DNA of 64,000 nt from Paramecium tetraurelia (taxonomy: Eukaryota). Shown piece after piece: positions 33,201-47,011 of this stretch. The notes under the pieces were generated by a model. That model was not told the DNA's origin. It searched no databases and was given only the letters and a program-made list of their open reading frames with translations. Within the stretch, counting starts at the first letter, position 1, and each line of letters opens with the position of its first letter. Location of the stretch: the NCBI GenBank assembly GCA_000165425.1, contig CT868046.1, positions 62,001 through 126,000 on the forward strand. Reading direction: 5' to 3'. The position numbers were made by a program, and so were the translations under genes.

Positions 33201-33785
33201 ATAGTATTATATTTAGATGGTTAATGAGTTCTAATAAAATGATAAGATTTTTGCATTTCTTCTATCTACAAGAGCAGGTGGTTTAGGAATTACATTAACA
33301 TAAGCTGATGCTGTTATATTTTATGACAATGATTGGAATCCAACTATGGATGCTTAAGCTACTGATAGAGCTCATAGAATAGGTAGAACCAAAGATGTCT
33401 ATGTTTATCGATTGATCACCAAAGGCACTATAGAGGAGAGAATTGTCAAGAGAGCACAATAAAAATAGAATGTTCAATCAACTGTTTATTCTGGTGGATT
33501 TCAAGGGGATAAGTTCAAACCTTAAGAAGTATCTAATTTGTTTATTAGGTATTTGAACTACTGTTTGGAGAATAAGAAATGGATGAGACTGTGGCTAACA
33601 AGTTTATGGCTAAAGGACAAAAGAAAAAGAAGAAGCCTGTGAAAGTAGAATAGAAGGACACATAGAAGGATGCTTAGAAGGAAGTAGTAAAAGAATAGAA
33701 GGACTAATAGGAGGAGGAAGACATTATAGAAGTTGATCTCAGAGAATTAGAGATGAATGAAAAGGATTGTGAAGATGCTGATTGA
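30273..33785 (+). CDS. INO80: INO80 chromatin-remodelling ATPase; two apparent +1 frameshifts (31197, 32013)
   Basis: DBINO domain ([18 protein letters not shown]), [32 protein letters not shown][E][47 protein letters not shown] and [18 protein letters not shown]. Confidence 0.93.
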
Positions 33786-33842
33786 TTATTTAATAATAAT
33801 AATATATAATTCTAATGGGCAATTTTAAATAAAAGCTAATAC

Positions 33843-35300
33843 TCATTTGAAGAATGGAGCAATTATATTTAGAAATCCCATCATTGCACCTATGAGCATT
33901 ATCATATAATAGAAAATGAATCTAGTTTGCTTATTTAATTTCTTCTTAAGCGCTAAATGGTCTAAGCACTTTAAATCCAGTTCCTCAAATATCGATTCAT
34001 CTGGATTCTCAAGGTACTCTTTTGAATCATTAATCAACCCAATCCTATTGTCATTGACTTTCTTTTTAGCATAAAGACAGGTCATATGTAATTATATTGG
34101 AATCAAATAAATTTAGAAAAATCCAACCACAGCTCCTGATAAACTCAAAATCAACGACACACTTATATTGAGACATTAAAATAGCAGAGTAGTGAAGGCA
34201 ACTATTGATGTGTAAAACACAAACCACTTCTAAGGAGGTTATTCCAATTTATATATTAATGCGAAAAATTGGGATCTGGTGATAAATGCTAACAACGGGA
34301 ATACAGTAGTAAGTTGAAACAATTATAGAACTTAAATTCCATAGGAATATATGTTCTAATCTAAATAGTCTAAGACGGTAGACCCATCACCTGAGGGATT
34401 TATAGCTTTTCCTTGTATTGCAATGGCTCCAAACGTACCTACCAAAGCATAAAGAATCCAAGTCCAACCAAAACTTATTGCAATGTCTCTCAAATTATTT
34501 TCTTATTGTAAATTATTTTTCATAATTGGCACTATGCAAGAATGTACCATGAAAGCAACTGAGAATACTCCACTTAGAGTTACCACATCTAAAGTCAAAA
34601 GGTTGACATTCTCTATTTCTGGCATATTTATACTGCCATAAATTACAATATAGAAAATCAATGCTACGATTGAAATGACGCCGTATTGAACTAACTTGAT
34701 AATTAGAGTAAGATTCTTTTACAACATAATAAGGAATAGCAAACACATATAAAAGATACCACACCATTAATATGATAATTTACTTAACACAAAATCTGTT
34801 TTAGGAGCATAATCCATCTCTAATTCCTTACATAATAATTAAACTAGTGAGTATAACATACTGCATTACAAAATAAAAAAGACTACACCAGCAAAGTATA
34901 AAATTATGATATTCGTAATATTAAAAATTAAATTATACTTCTACCCAAGTATTCTCACAATAGTTTGCGGTAAATCTAATTCTTCAGGTTTATTGTGTAC
35001 CACTTATAATTGACACGTTTTGCAAGATATTAAACAAAATACTAATGCCACAATCAATGAACTGAGTATGCCTGATTGCTAAAACAACACAGGTATCACT
35101 AACAATGAGGATCCCACCATTGTATTACTTACACTTAAAACTGTTTAGAATGAGCTATTTTTTGGAGCATTTGCTACACTAGCTTTTAAGATTGATTTCC
35201 TTAATGATTTCTTTTGAGCAAATGATAGATGGGGATTTTGAATGACTTATTAATCAATTTCTTATTATAACAAAGCATCATTTGCTAATGCATTTGCCAT
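33843..35300 (-). CDS. Amino-acid transporter, SLC38A9-like (Aa_trans/AAAP family)
   Basis: NSSFQTVLSVSNTMVGSSLLVIPVLFQQSG and LFQLTTVFPLLAFITRSQ resemble SLC38A9 TM1 and TM8. About 11 TMs; several introns. Confidence 0.85.
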
Positions 35301-35351
35301 TTATAATTTTATAAAAATAAAAATTTAGTTCGAAACTAAATTCAAAGTGAC

Positions 35352-36037
35352 ATGCAATATCGAAGAATTTTGGAAGCATTTGAGCATCGTTGGATGGAAC
35401 GCTATGAACAGAACAATAAGTTAAGAACAAAAAAATTAATATTAGACCCACCAGACTAAGTATCGGATAAAGAAGTATTATTAAGTCTCATAATTATTAG
35501 AACTTACCATTATCAAAGGTATAATAAACAAATCAAACAAAGGAGTAGGCTAGAAAAATTAGATTAAAATAATAATTGCAGGAAGAATGTCCTATTTGCA
35601 TGATGAACTTGGATGAACTATAAAATGTCTGTGAAATTGATGTCTGCTAACATTAGATATGTCTGACTTGCATAAAGGAATGGGCAGAGAAATATAAGAC
35701 TTAATGTCCTTATTGCAGAGCCACATTCAAGAAAATATACCCTATAGAAAATGGTAAAAGAAGGAAGACGCCAATCAAATTAAATCTGAAGTAACAAAAA
35801 TGGAAACCAGAACAAGATCAATTTTATAATTCCCAAGATTAACAGGAGGAAAATCAAAAGTGTTAACTTTGCGGATGTTCTCACTCCTAGTATTTAATGT
35901 TGGTGTGTGATAAATGCAATGATTAAATGTGCCACACATTTTGTGATCCAGGGTTTTTAGAGTTTTTCATACCTGAAAAGAATTGGTACTGCTTGGATTG
36001 TCGTAAATCTAAATTAATTTATCACAAACCTAAATGA
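35352..36037 (+). CDS. RING + PHD finger protein (PHRF1-like architecture), 219 aa
   Basis: RING: CPIC..CQHQICLTCIKEW..CPYCR. PHD: CQLCG..LVCDKCNDQMCHTFC..WYCLDC. One 26-nt intron. Confidence 0.9.
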
Positions 36038-36118
36038 TACTTATTATACATTGAGAATTGCTATATATTCTATTGCATAATATAATTCAGTTCGAATTGC
36101 AAATTAATATATATAAGT

Positions 36119-37801
36119 TCATAATATTAAATATTTTTTCAATTATTCTACATTTATGGTTGCATTAGTATTCTTTGAATATTTCTTAATAGAGCTCATT
36201 CTTTTTGGTTAGATATTCCTTTGTGGAAAATACTTTATAACATTAAAATTATTGTTAAACTATTCTAATCTAAACACAAATGAATTGTCTATTTCAAAAA
36301 TAGATGATGCTCTATGTTCTGATTTACTCATTACCTTTGATATTCTTAACTTAGGTAAAATCTATTGTTTTTATTTAACATCCTCGTCCTACCTAATAGT
36401 TGAAGGTTTCTGATTTTATTAATCTAAAAATCGATATTGCTGAGATTTCTTTTTCACAATTACACCCTTTACAATGTCTTACTCACATTCACTTTCTGAT
36501 TCGCAACTCTCATTTAGACATTCTATAATAGGCATTTAGATTAAATCGAAGTCATCCTCATTAAATTGCTCTATTTAATTATATATTTATTCGGCTATCT
36601 CTGAAAAGTCCTGATTATTAAACTTTCCTTTATGTAATCCTTATTAGGATCCAAACAAACTGACCTCAATAGTCATCGAATATTAGATATTATAGTCAAG
36701 CCAGAATGTCTATCTGGCAGTGCATTTTCGATCACTCTGAGTTGCAAAAGAGCAATCCTTTAAACTGAAATGCTTGCAATTTTGAAATTACTTTACAAAA
36801 TGCTTCATTTTTATATTACAATTTGAGTTAGTTGAACATCCGTAAATAAAGTAATTTTACTTTGTGGAATGCCCATGTAAATCAATCATAAATTTAATCC
36901 TTGATTAATATTTCGTCAACGATTATTTAATATAAAAGATTTCTGGTTCCTCTTGCAGAGATGGATTAATCCACCTTCTATTTAAATCAATCCCATTTTT
37001 ATTACATCTACTATTCCCAAGAAATACACCATCAGGATTTACCATAGGATAAATTATGTATCGATATTTCTGGGAATTTATTATCTTTATCAGTTCTTCT
37101 GCTATAAACGATCCACTTGTTTCACAGGGATGCTATCTTGCTAGGATTACTACGTATTTTTTGGCCTTTCCCTTTTTAATTCTGATAATTGGATTGTTTA
37201 ACTGCGTATATCCAATTACTGTGTAATCTCTCAACTAAAGAGCTCGACTCAATGGATAAGGTTCAGCATAAGCGAAGGTGATGAATTCTTTATCAGTGAA
37301 AGTGTATTTAAATTCCAAAGTGTAGAAGGAGGTGGCTTTTTAATATTAAGCTATGTTAACGTCCTCGTTTGCATAAAAAGGATGATTAACATTGGTTTTG
37401 TAATAGTGAATATCGAAACATCTGTTTTTTGAAGTGAATAAATTACACGACGTTAGCAACTGATTGCTTCTTCTATTATTTAATATTTTAAATTTTATAG
37501 TTACAACAGGTTTTAATGCTTAAATCTAAAAATTAAACCATTGTGTGCATCCATTAGTATTTGAGTCACTATTTAATAATATGTTAATGCCATCTTGATC
37601 GAGTGTCACAAAAAATAAATTGGAAGAATCATAATGAGAATATACCTATATATCATCTCCAAACTATTCCAATTTTCCACCTTGCTAATTGATTTAGGGC
37701 TGAATCACTGTGTTTTCTAGACCCAATTTCTTTTAAAAAACTTTGAGGTAGTTTATCAACGAGTAATTGTGAATTGTGATTAATTGTAATTTTTTATTCA
37801 T
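36119..37801 (-). CDS. Cytosolic carboxypeptidase (CCP/AGBL, M14D; tubulin deglutamylase family)
   Basis: YDSSNL, TQWFNF, FAYAEPY, ARQHPCETSGSF, PMVNPDGVFLGNSRC..GIDLNRRW, DLHGHS and TIEVS motifs. Span of 1683 nt, a multiple of 3. Confidence 0.9.
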
Positions 37802-38008
37802 ACATAATTTATTATTCATTATAAACTTTTATAAACATTTTAATGAGTTTGGTTTTAAAAGAAGTTGGCAACAAAAGATAAGTCGCATTTCATATTATAT
37901 CCCAATTACAAATCAAATGCACAAGATCGAGAATTCTAATCAAATATATTCTTTGATCAATATATTAGGATGTTTCTTAATAATTAAATATATTTAAATA
38001 ATTCTTCA

Positions 38009-38959
38009 TCATTAGATCAGTTATAAAATAATGTTAGACCATTTGGCGACTAATTCATTATATTGATCTTCACTTCTTGGATTAAAATAATCAAAACAAA
38101 ATAGTTCTTTGTTGCTGATTTCTGATTTCTCTTTTTCTTTGTGTTGTAGGAATTCAGCAAAATTACTATCTGGTTCCTTCCTTTAATTTTGCTTTTCATA
38201 CTCAAAAATCTCAAGAGTATAAGACCTCTTGACTTTCGCCATTCCATAGGCATAATCCATTGAATTGCCTGAGGCTGTATATCCTATCTATGTAGCAGCA
38301 CCTCCTATTAAACAATCTACACATTCATTTTTTACTCCTCTCAGATTATGATGATGAGAAAAAACGACATCTTCCTTCTTAAAAGCCCAAGGATGAAGGA
38401 TTGCTAATGTACCTGAATGCACAGTTATAAAGGTTTTTGGTTTGAATGAGGAGAGGATATCTCTGACAGTTTATGTTTCAACCTCTGAGAAAGGTTCTGG
38501 GCCAGAAGAATCTTAAACGAAATGATTTTCTTTGAATTTCCACTCAAAACCATAATTTCTATTCAGATCAACACCATTGAGATTTTCCCTAAGACAATAA
38601 TGTCCTCTTTCCACATACCTCCTTGAAGTTGGATTCATATTAATGATGATTTTCAATTTGAAATCCAGAGGAGTATGACATATTTAGTTGAGAAGGTGCA
38701 ATCCAGTTTCAACACTAATTAATTCTCTTGCATGTTCTCCAAAGATAAGAAAGGCTTTATTTTTATTTTCATGATCCAATTTAGGCTTTAATGTTATAGA
38801 ATCGACAATGCCGTATTTCTTTTGGGTGGCCTTCATTTAACAATTCTTTAGGATGTTTTTGACTTCAGCTTCAACTTCATCAGTCGTATGATAGAAGGGG
38901 GGTAGTGAAGTACCAGCAAATGCAAGTTTTATTAATATTAAAATTACAAATATTTTCAT
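38009..38959 (-). CDS. Secreted M14 zinc carboxypeptidase, 316 aa
   Basis: Signal peptide MKIFVILILIKLAFA; GEHARELIS (HxxE), RENLNGVDLNRNYGFEW, GPEPFSEVET and TVHSG. Confidence 0.9.
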
Positions 38960-39272
38960 TTTATTTTTAATAGGAATCCGTTTCCAAAAACTTAAATATT
39001 CAATTATAAATATTTCATTTTCTGTAAAATTTGATCAAATTTTTGTATCTCTAAAAATATAGAGCATTATTAGAATTGTCTAATTTGAGAGTCTTATCAG
39101 GTCATTATATATAGGATTGAAATCTAATAAAATAATTTAAAGTAGTAATTTTGAAATTTAATGAAGTTCATTAAAAAGAAATTCGTTGTTTGAATGTTAA
39201 AATGATTCATTCAGGGATATCTTGAAAGAATATTCAAGTTTTAAGTGTAATTTATATATTTAATTTAAAATA

Positions 39273-42200
39273 ATGAAAGTAGTGATAATAGTAATTTTGA
39301 TAATTGTTGTTAGTAGTATTGATGTATGTGTGTAATAGACAACATACGATGGATGTATAAATTTAACAGATTAGTAATGCGAATGGAAGGGGTAGTATTG
39401 TCAGAAGTCAAACAATTATTTGATGGGATGTGATCCTAATTTGAGTTAGAGACTTTGTGTGAAGTAATTTGGAAATATGGATGGAACAACATCTGAATGC
39501 ATATTCGATACGTTTTGCCACACTATTTATGATAAGCACATAACGAGATGCAGCAGCAAATTATCAAAATCTGGTTGCTTAGCAATTACTAATCCTGATG
39601 AACTTTGTAAATGGGAGAATGGTCAATGCTAGAACTTGAGTGTTGAGGAGATCAACAATATTAATCAGATATTTTAGGATTTGGAATTGAGTGCTTCAGT
39701 ATGCAGTCGAATTTCAGGATATTTAATTATCCACAGCACTCTCCTTTGGGATTTATTGTCTTATAAGCCTGATCTCTTCACAGAGGCACAGAACTTGGTG
39801 AAAGTGGAGGCTGGGATATCAGTGGACACGACTAAAACATATGATGATGAGAAGTTGGGAGACAATTATGTCGACAACAATGGGGATTACAAATGGTATT
39901 TATTGCCAACTTAATTGAGCATTACGAATCGTATAAGATATTGATAATATTAGTTAAAATAAATGATTATTCAAGATATGGGTGTATAGCATAGGAGATT
40001 TTAAACGAGAGTAGACTCCTTACTCTTTTAAGTCTGAGTGGTATAATAAGAGGAGTCAATCACATTTATTGCAATTACTTAAGCAAACATCCTACAAATC
40101 CAGTAAAGACAGTGTTTACGAGTTATGAATGCTAGCCAATAACAGAGAGTCAATTGCAAGATTAATAATACATCGATCAGAACTAAATAGTATGTTCGAG
40201 TATGAGTGGTTTGGTATGTTAGAGGTATTTGAATATCAAACAGAAATGTCAGATCAATTATTCTAAAGAATACGAATGCTTCAACATAGCAGCTATCTAA
40301 GTGTAATAGTAGTGTAATTCTAAGACAGGTTTGGCAACGCATTTTGATTGTGCATAGGTGAAAGGGACTGCTTGCTATTTGGATTCCTCAACCTCGAAGG
40401 CAGAATGTAGTTAGGCCTGTGTTTAATATAAGTCATAAGTGAACTGCGAAAATGATACTCGCTGTGTTTGGTTGGGGAGCAATCTCTTTGACATCACTGA
40501 TTCATCAGGTTCCATATTCATAGTTTGTGCTCCTACAAATAAATGTGACTAGTTGGGTTTAAATTAAGATTATTGTCAATAAATGGCAACACCTTGTTAT
40601 TGGGATGCCAATGTGGGAAAATGTACAACAATCACAACTATTGAATAAATGAAATGCGAAAGATGCAATACAATTTATTGTTGTACTTCCATTATAATGT
40701 TTGATCAATTCTGCATCTGGCATCAAAATAGTTGTTTGAATGTTAAAGATCAAAAGTTATATTCACATTACTTGTCATTTCCAGAAGCTACACTTATGAA
40801 CTATAATTTATGTACCTCGCAATCAGGAAAGTACTTCTATTACAACATAGCCAAACAAAGATGTGAAAGTTCAACGGTTAATTTATATTCACCATGTGTT
40901 GATTTTGATGACGAAAATTATGATGTGGATGACTTTGAATGCAATAATGGAGTGAATAGCAGAATCAACAAAGAATATTGTCTGAATCTAATTAATTCCA
41001 ATACCAGATGGGATTACTTCAAATCAAAATGTTTGCATGTGACCAATATTCATAAATCTTGTGATCAAATGAAATTGGTCAATTCAAATTTATGTAAAGG
41101 AGCTCAAGTTGCAACTCACAAATAATGTCTCTATGATTCCTAGAGTTCTAGTTGCTACTCCAAGGATGCTTCTGTTTTACATTGTGATACTAAGGGCATC
41201 AATTAAGACTAATGTTTGAGTATAACAAATGAGTACTGTTCATGGGTCGATAACTAGTGTGGATATTTGCAACCTTCCAAAATTAATTACTATAATTGCT
41301 ACGAATTGCAAAAGGTCAGTCCAAGTGTCTGCAGGATGTCTGTTAATTAATCACTTTAATGTAAGTATGACTAAGATTCCCAGAGCTGTTTCGTTGTCTA
41401 TCTTAACCTTTCTGATTGTGATCAATATGCCAATAGGTATGCCTGTAGAATGTCATCATCTCTATGCTATTTCAACAATGTGAGCAATCAGTGCTAAGAT
41501 TCAACTCCTTTCTTAGATCGATTTAATTGTAATACTGAATTCATAAGTCAGTCAACATGCTTAGGAATCACGAAGGCTGGACAATATTGTTTCTGGGGAT
41601 CAGTCAATAGTGATGCAACTGTCAGATGCAGGAATCATGAATAAGGCTTTTACTCCAATTGCAGTTCCTTCGATGGCTCATCAAATGCAAACATATGTGT
41701 TAACCTAACCACCAACATAGCACTCAATCTGTCTGATCAATAATATTGTGAAGTTATTAATTCAGTATGCTCAAGCCAGGTAAGTGATATTAACGATGCT
41801 GATTGTGGTTACACAAGGTAGATGAATGTCTATCGTTGTATGGGATACACTACTCAATATTGTTATTTCAAGAACCAAAAATGTATAATTTTAGATGGAC
41901 CTCAGGAATACAAAGAACTAATCTTAAATTAGCTTTTATGTCAAAATAGTAACATGCACATTTGTACTTCAATTACAACACCTGGTTAGGTATGTTATAA
42001 ATAAAATGCACATAAATGCATTTCAATGTATCTATCCTTTGGAGACAGCTGCTCGAATTTAGGTGCTTATGATATGAGTATATACAACCCCTAATTATGT
42101 ATACGTAGTACAGATGCATGTTATTTTGATAAGTAAACTAACTAGTGTAAGGCTCCTTAAGCCAATGATGTTTTTCATTGTGATTAAATTGGAGCTTCAT

Positions 42201-45200
42201 AAATATTGTGTTTATTGCACACCAGAGGACCTTGTGTATTCATTAACAATAAGTGTTCTAAATTAACTGACTTATCCATTTCTTGTGATTATAGAAATAA
42301 GATGGCTTGTACCTATGGAGCATTGAATTGTATTTGGGATCAAACCAACACTTAGTGTAAATTATCAACAGAATTATGTCCACAAGCTTATGACAATGTG
42401 AAGTCATGGAGAGTTTGTGGAATAAGTAGTGGTGTTTGTTTTGCAGGCCGTAAAGGTTGTTCAAATGTCGAAGTAACAGTACCTTGTTGGTTATCTTTGA
42501 GATATGATTTGTGTATGTCCTAACCTGGCTTTTGTTAATGGGTAGATGATAGATGCACAGATAAAGAGTATGATTGTGAGGATTCTAAGACAGTTCAAGA
42601 ATGTATCTACCATAAATCTAAGGCTTGTGTTTACGATAATGGTAAATGCTTTGAGATAGATAATTTCGGAATTCATGATTGCAATGATTTTTAATACACT
42701 ACTTTAAATTTCTGTTGGAATTATTACCCTTTATGTGTTTACAAGGATGACACTTGTCAAATGATTAATTATAATGCCAAGAGCGATATGACAGATGAAG
42801 ATTTCTCTCAGTATCAATGTTCCAGTTTAACAAATTCTCAATATGGATGTGCATTGTAAAGGGCCATCAAATGTCGATTCGAAGATCGAATCTGGTATCA
42901 AGCATGTTCAGAAGTTCAATCTTTTGAATTAGACACTTGTGATTACTTCGATACAGTTTAGGTTAGATCGTTCTTGGCTTGTGAATCTATATAGAACTGT
43001 GGATTTAAGATGACAGTGAAAGGGGAAATATTCTGTCACACAATTCCATTACAATGTGAAACAATAACTCCTTTTTGCGTTAAGGATATTCCAGGGATCA
43101 ATTGCTATCTTGATAATGATACTTGCTTAACATACACTGGAGATTTGACATGTTCAGCAGTAGCTTCATATTAAGTGAATCGTCAATTGTGCTTATCTAT
43201 TATGCAAAATGAATTAAACACTGAGGAATGTTATTATCAAGAATCCACAAGTAAATGTAAATTAAGGAATACTATTGAGATCAGTGATTGTACTTAATAT
43301 ACTGAGTTATATTAGTGTACATTTGTGGAAGAGAGTTGTTTAATTGTGTTAGATTTAACTGGAGTATTTTAGTAATGCAATTAATCACAAAATGACACTT
43401 ATAATATCAATTTGAATTATTTCGGTTGTATTTCCTTAACAGGTAGTTTGTATTACTTTGATTTGAATTCCCAGACTTGTTTGATCTATCAAGAATCCAA
43501 ATATGAAAGCATTTATATTTGTAATCAATTAAATCAAAAATCTTGTGTTGAAATAATCAATGACTTAAAATGTGTGTGGGTGGATGAGAAATGCTAAGAG
43601 TACAAGTAATCTTATGAAACAGTAGATTGCGAATTCAAAAATAGATTGGCTTGTCTAAATTCGATTAAATCCTCTTGTATTTGGATAGGTGACAATTCAG
43701 AATGTGATATTAGTGATAATGTTGGTAATCAATGTGATGATGGAACCTATTTAAAATGTGAATATAGTGAAAACTATTGCAAATCTATATCTAAATTGTG
43801 GAATGGTGAAACATGTTTTGACTATTTGTTCAATTTACCCTATTCACTCTTAAGATGCAGCAAATTAGGTTTATCAAGGAGTCTCTGTCTTGAAAACACA
43901 GCAGAATTAACATGTTTTTGGGATGGTTTAACCTGCTAAGAGGCTAATTTAAAAACAATCAATTGCACAGATGATGTCTCCTATAACACATGCGAATAAA
44001 TATTAACATATAAGCAGATTTGTAAATGGGATAGTGGTACTTGTGTCAATAAGTATAACTCTTAAAATTGCAATGATTACATTACTTTGACCTATTGTAA
44101 ATAGGCTTTGGTTCCATGCTCATTCAATTTAGGTGCCAACACTTGTGATTCATTAACTGAGGTGGATTAATCTTGTTCAGATACATTGAGTTATTCGGCA
44201 TGTCAATAGGTAACCAATTAGTACTGTTCTTGGATTAACAATACGTGCCAGAAATGGTATAGAAGTAAATACTCATGTGAGAACGTGGTGAATCAATGGG
44301 GTTGCTTAAACACATCCATGTTTTGTAAATGGAATGGTCGATGTGAGAACATAGGCAAAGAATTTTAAAAAGTCTCTTGCTAAGATATTCCCTCTGGAGT
44401 AAGAAATAATTATATCCTTCTTAGTTTAACAAAGTCTCTTGTTCCAAGTATTCAATGCAGCCTTGTAAATATGATGAGGTTACTTAGAAGTGCAACATCA
44501 AATTAACCAGTGAATATACCAACTCTATGGAAACTGATTAAAGTAACTTCGTTTAAATAAGATTAATCAAAGAATGTACTTTCTTTCAACAAAAAGAGGA
44601 TTGCATAGGCAGTCGAATAGGCTATTGTTCATGGTAAAATAACTTATGTATTGATTGTTCAACAAGTAGTCAGTGTAATACTAATGATTGCATTGATAAA
44701 AGTATTAAATAATGTTTAGTAATTTCTAATGTGTCATGTGCATGGAGAAATGACTAATGTGTTGATTGGTAATCAGCTGAAAATGTTAGTTAAACTTAAT
44801 TATCCTTAGTGACAGAGATTTGTTGCACAACTTTGAATATGGCTATTAAGTATGACCAATTACTCTCATCTTGTGTACCTTTGGATCTTTCTTCAGACAA
44901 TTGTAACTCCAAAGGACTATCAAAATATGTATGAATAACAATGATTTCATTAGGCCTGTCTTAAATTAACCAGTGCTGCCTGCATCTACTAAAATAATGG
45001 ATGTTCTGTTTATCAACAATTGATCAAATCTAATTGTTCTGATTACAAAGATGTAACTCAATCAGTTTGTCAATTGATACCTCATCTGAGTTGTAAGTAT
45101 GATGCAAAAACCAATGCTTGCAAAGATATCAATACTAGCTCAGACACCTGTGCTACTATTGGGTTATCTTTGATTGGTTGTACAAATATTAAAACAGAAG

Positions 45201-46702
45201 CATGTTACTGGAATAGTACTTCAAAGAGTTGTTAAAGCTTTGTGGTTTAGAAAGATATTAATCAATGTGACAATTCCACATAAGTAAATAGTTTAAGTTG
45301 CTCATAATTAAATTATCATAATAATGTTTGCTCTTATAATGTATAAAATAGAACTTGTTAAGAAAGGGTCAATAAATATTTTAATTGCTCATATCCTGGA
45401 TTGAATAAAATGGCATGTGTCTCTCTGATTTTAGAGTCATGTCAATATGTGGATAGCAAATGTCAAAAAGTAACTAATCTTAAGAAAAGTTGTTTGGAAT
45501 TATCAGATGTTAACGAAATGGCTTGTAAAATGAACACCTTAGATAACTGCGCCTATGATCCAATTTCTAATAATTGCTATTTTACATTGCAATCATTGCC
45601 TTGTAGCTATTATGGTCTAAATTATAATAATTGCATCCATTAAACAAATTGCAAATGGTCCTATGATGTCACTTAATGCATTTGTTCTGTTCAACAACCT
45701 AAAACATAATGCCAATTGAGTGAAGCCAATTGCAAATCAAACATAAATTGTGTTTATGATTATGATATCTACTCTTGTAGACTCAAGAATTGTAATGATC
45801 TGACTGATTGTACTGGATCTATTAATGGTAAAATGTGTTATAAGGATGCTTAATCATAATGTTTAAATGCTTCAACATGTGAAGACATAGTTAACTTAAA
45901 TAATCAATAGAAATGCAGTGATTTCCTATTTAACTCATCTAATTGTATTTAAATTTTGAATCATTGCATAAGTGCTTCAAACCTTAAAGAACTATGTCCC
46001 AATAGTGATTGCTCAAATACTGCCTGCAAATTCGACAACTTTTAATGCCGTCCTTTAGAATGTGTAGACAGAAGTGAAGAGGATTGTTTCAATTTCTCTA
46101 ATTGTATATATTTGGATGGTAAATGTCAAGAGATCTCAGCTTGTTCAACAATAACTGATTCTTCAACTTGTGTCTAAACTACTATAAACTAATTCAAATG
46201 CTCTTGGGAAATGTACGGAGTCTATGAGAACACCTATCATTGCACAAATACCTACTGCCATTTATACAACGCATCCCCGACTCTTTGTAATGGCAATGAA
46301 ATAAATAATTATTCCTGCATCATGGATTAATTTTTATAATGCAGAATTTGTGAAGCAATTAAAGATGAATGTACTTGTAGAAATAGTAATGGAGCTTGCT
46401 TATATTCAAATGGAAAATGTAATTCAATCTTATGTGAATAATTCTTAACAGAAACCACATGCACGGAGAGTAATAAATGTTATTGGAGCTCTTAGGATAA
46501 GGCTTGTAGGAAATTTTGTAAACAGCTTATTTTGTAATAAGATTGTGAAGCATTAGATTATGAATGTCATTGGAATTCATATCAATATAAATGTGAATAA
46601 GGTGTGGCTGTAATACCTGATCTGAGTGTGAAAATTAATGTCCAAGATATTCAAGGAGAACTAATTTCTTGTCTTATGTTGATATTGATATTAATAATTT
46701 GA
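39273..46702 (+). CDS. Large cysteine-rich, probably GPI-anchored surface protein (~2,400 aa; surface-antigen-like)
   Basis: Signal peptide MKVVIIVILIIVVSS. Many periodic Cys modules with CxW/CxY(x3-6)C (CEWKGQYC, CVWVDEKC, CFWDGLTC, CKWDSGTC). Hydrophobic C-terminus LISCLMLILILII-TGA. At least three tiny introns. Confidence 0.88.
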
Positions 46703-47011
46703 TAAACCCAATGGAATTTCATAATTTAATCATATTCTTAAAAAAAGATGATTCAGATAAATTTAAATTCATTACAAACAGCTAGAAAATGGTCTTCCAT
46801 TACTTTTTATTTTTAAAATTAATTAAAATATGTTATTGTCTCTATTGTTTTAATGTTTAATCCCTGTTTGGATTTATCTTTGCATAAATTCTTAATTATA
46901 ATATTTTTATTTAATTTTAGCAATAATTTAATTTAAATTAGTTTTATGATTAGGTAATAGATAATCTCATGATTATAATTCTATATGTATGATTTATGAT
47001 ATATAATTATC

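Noticed and set aside
36119..38959. Two adjacent M14 carboxypeptidases as a tandem duplication or functional cluster
   Set aside because: They belong to different subfamilies (cytosolic CCP versus secreted) with no close similarity, so the adjacency is probably coincidental.
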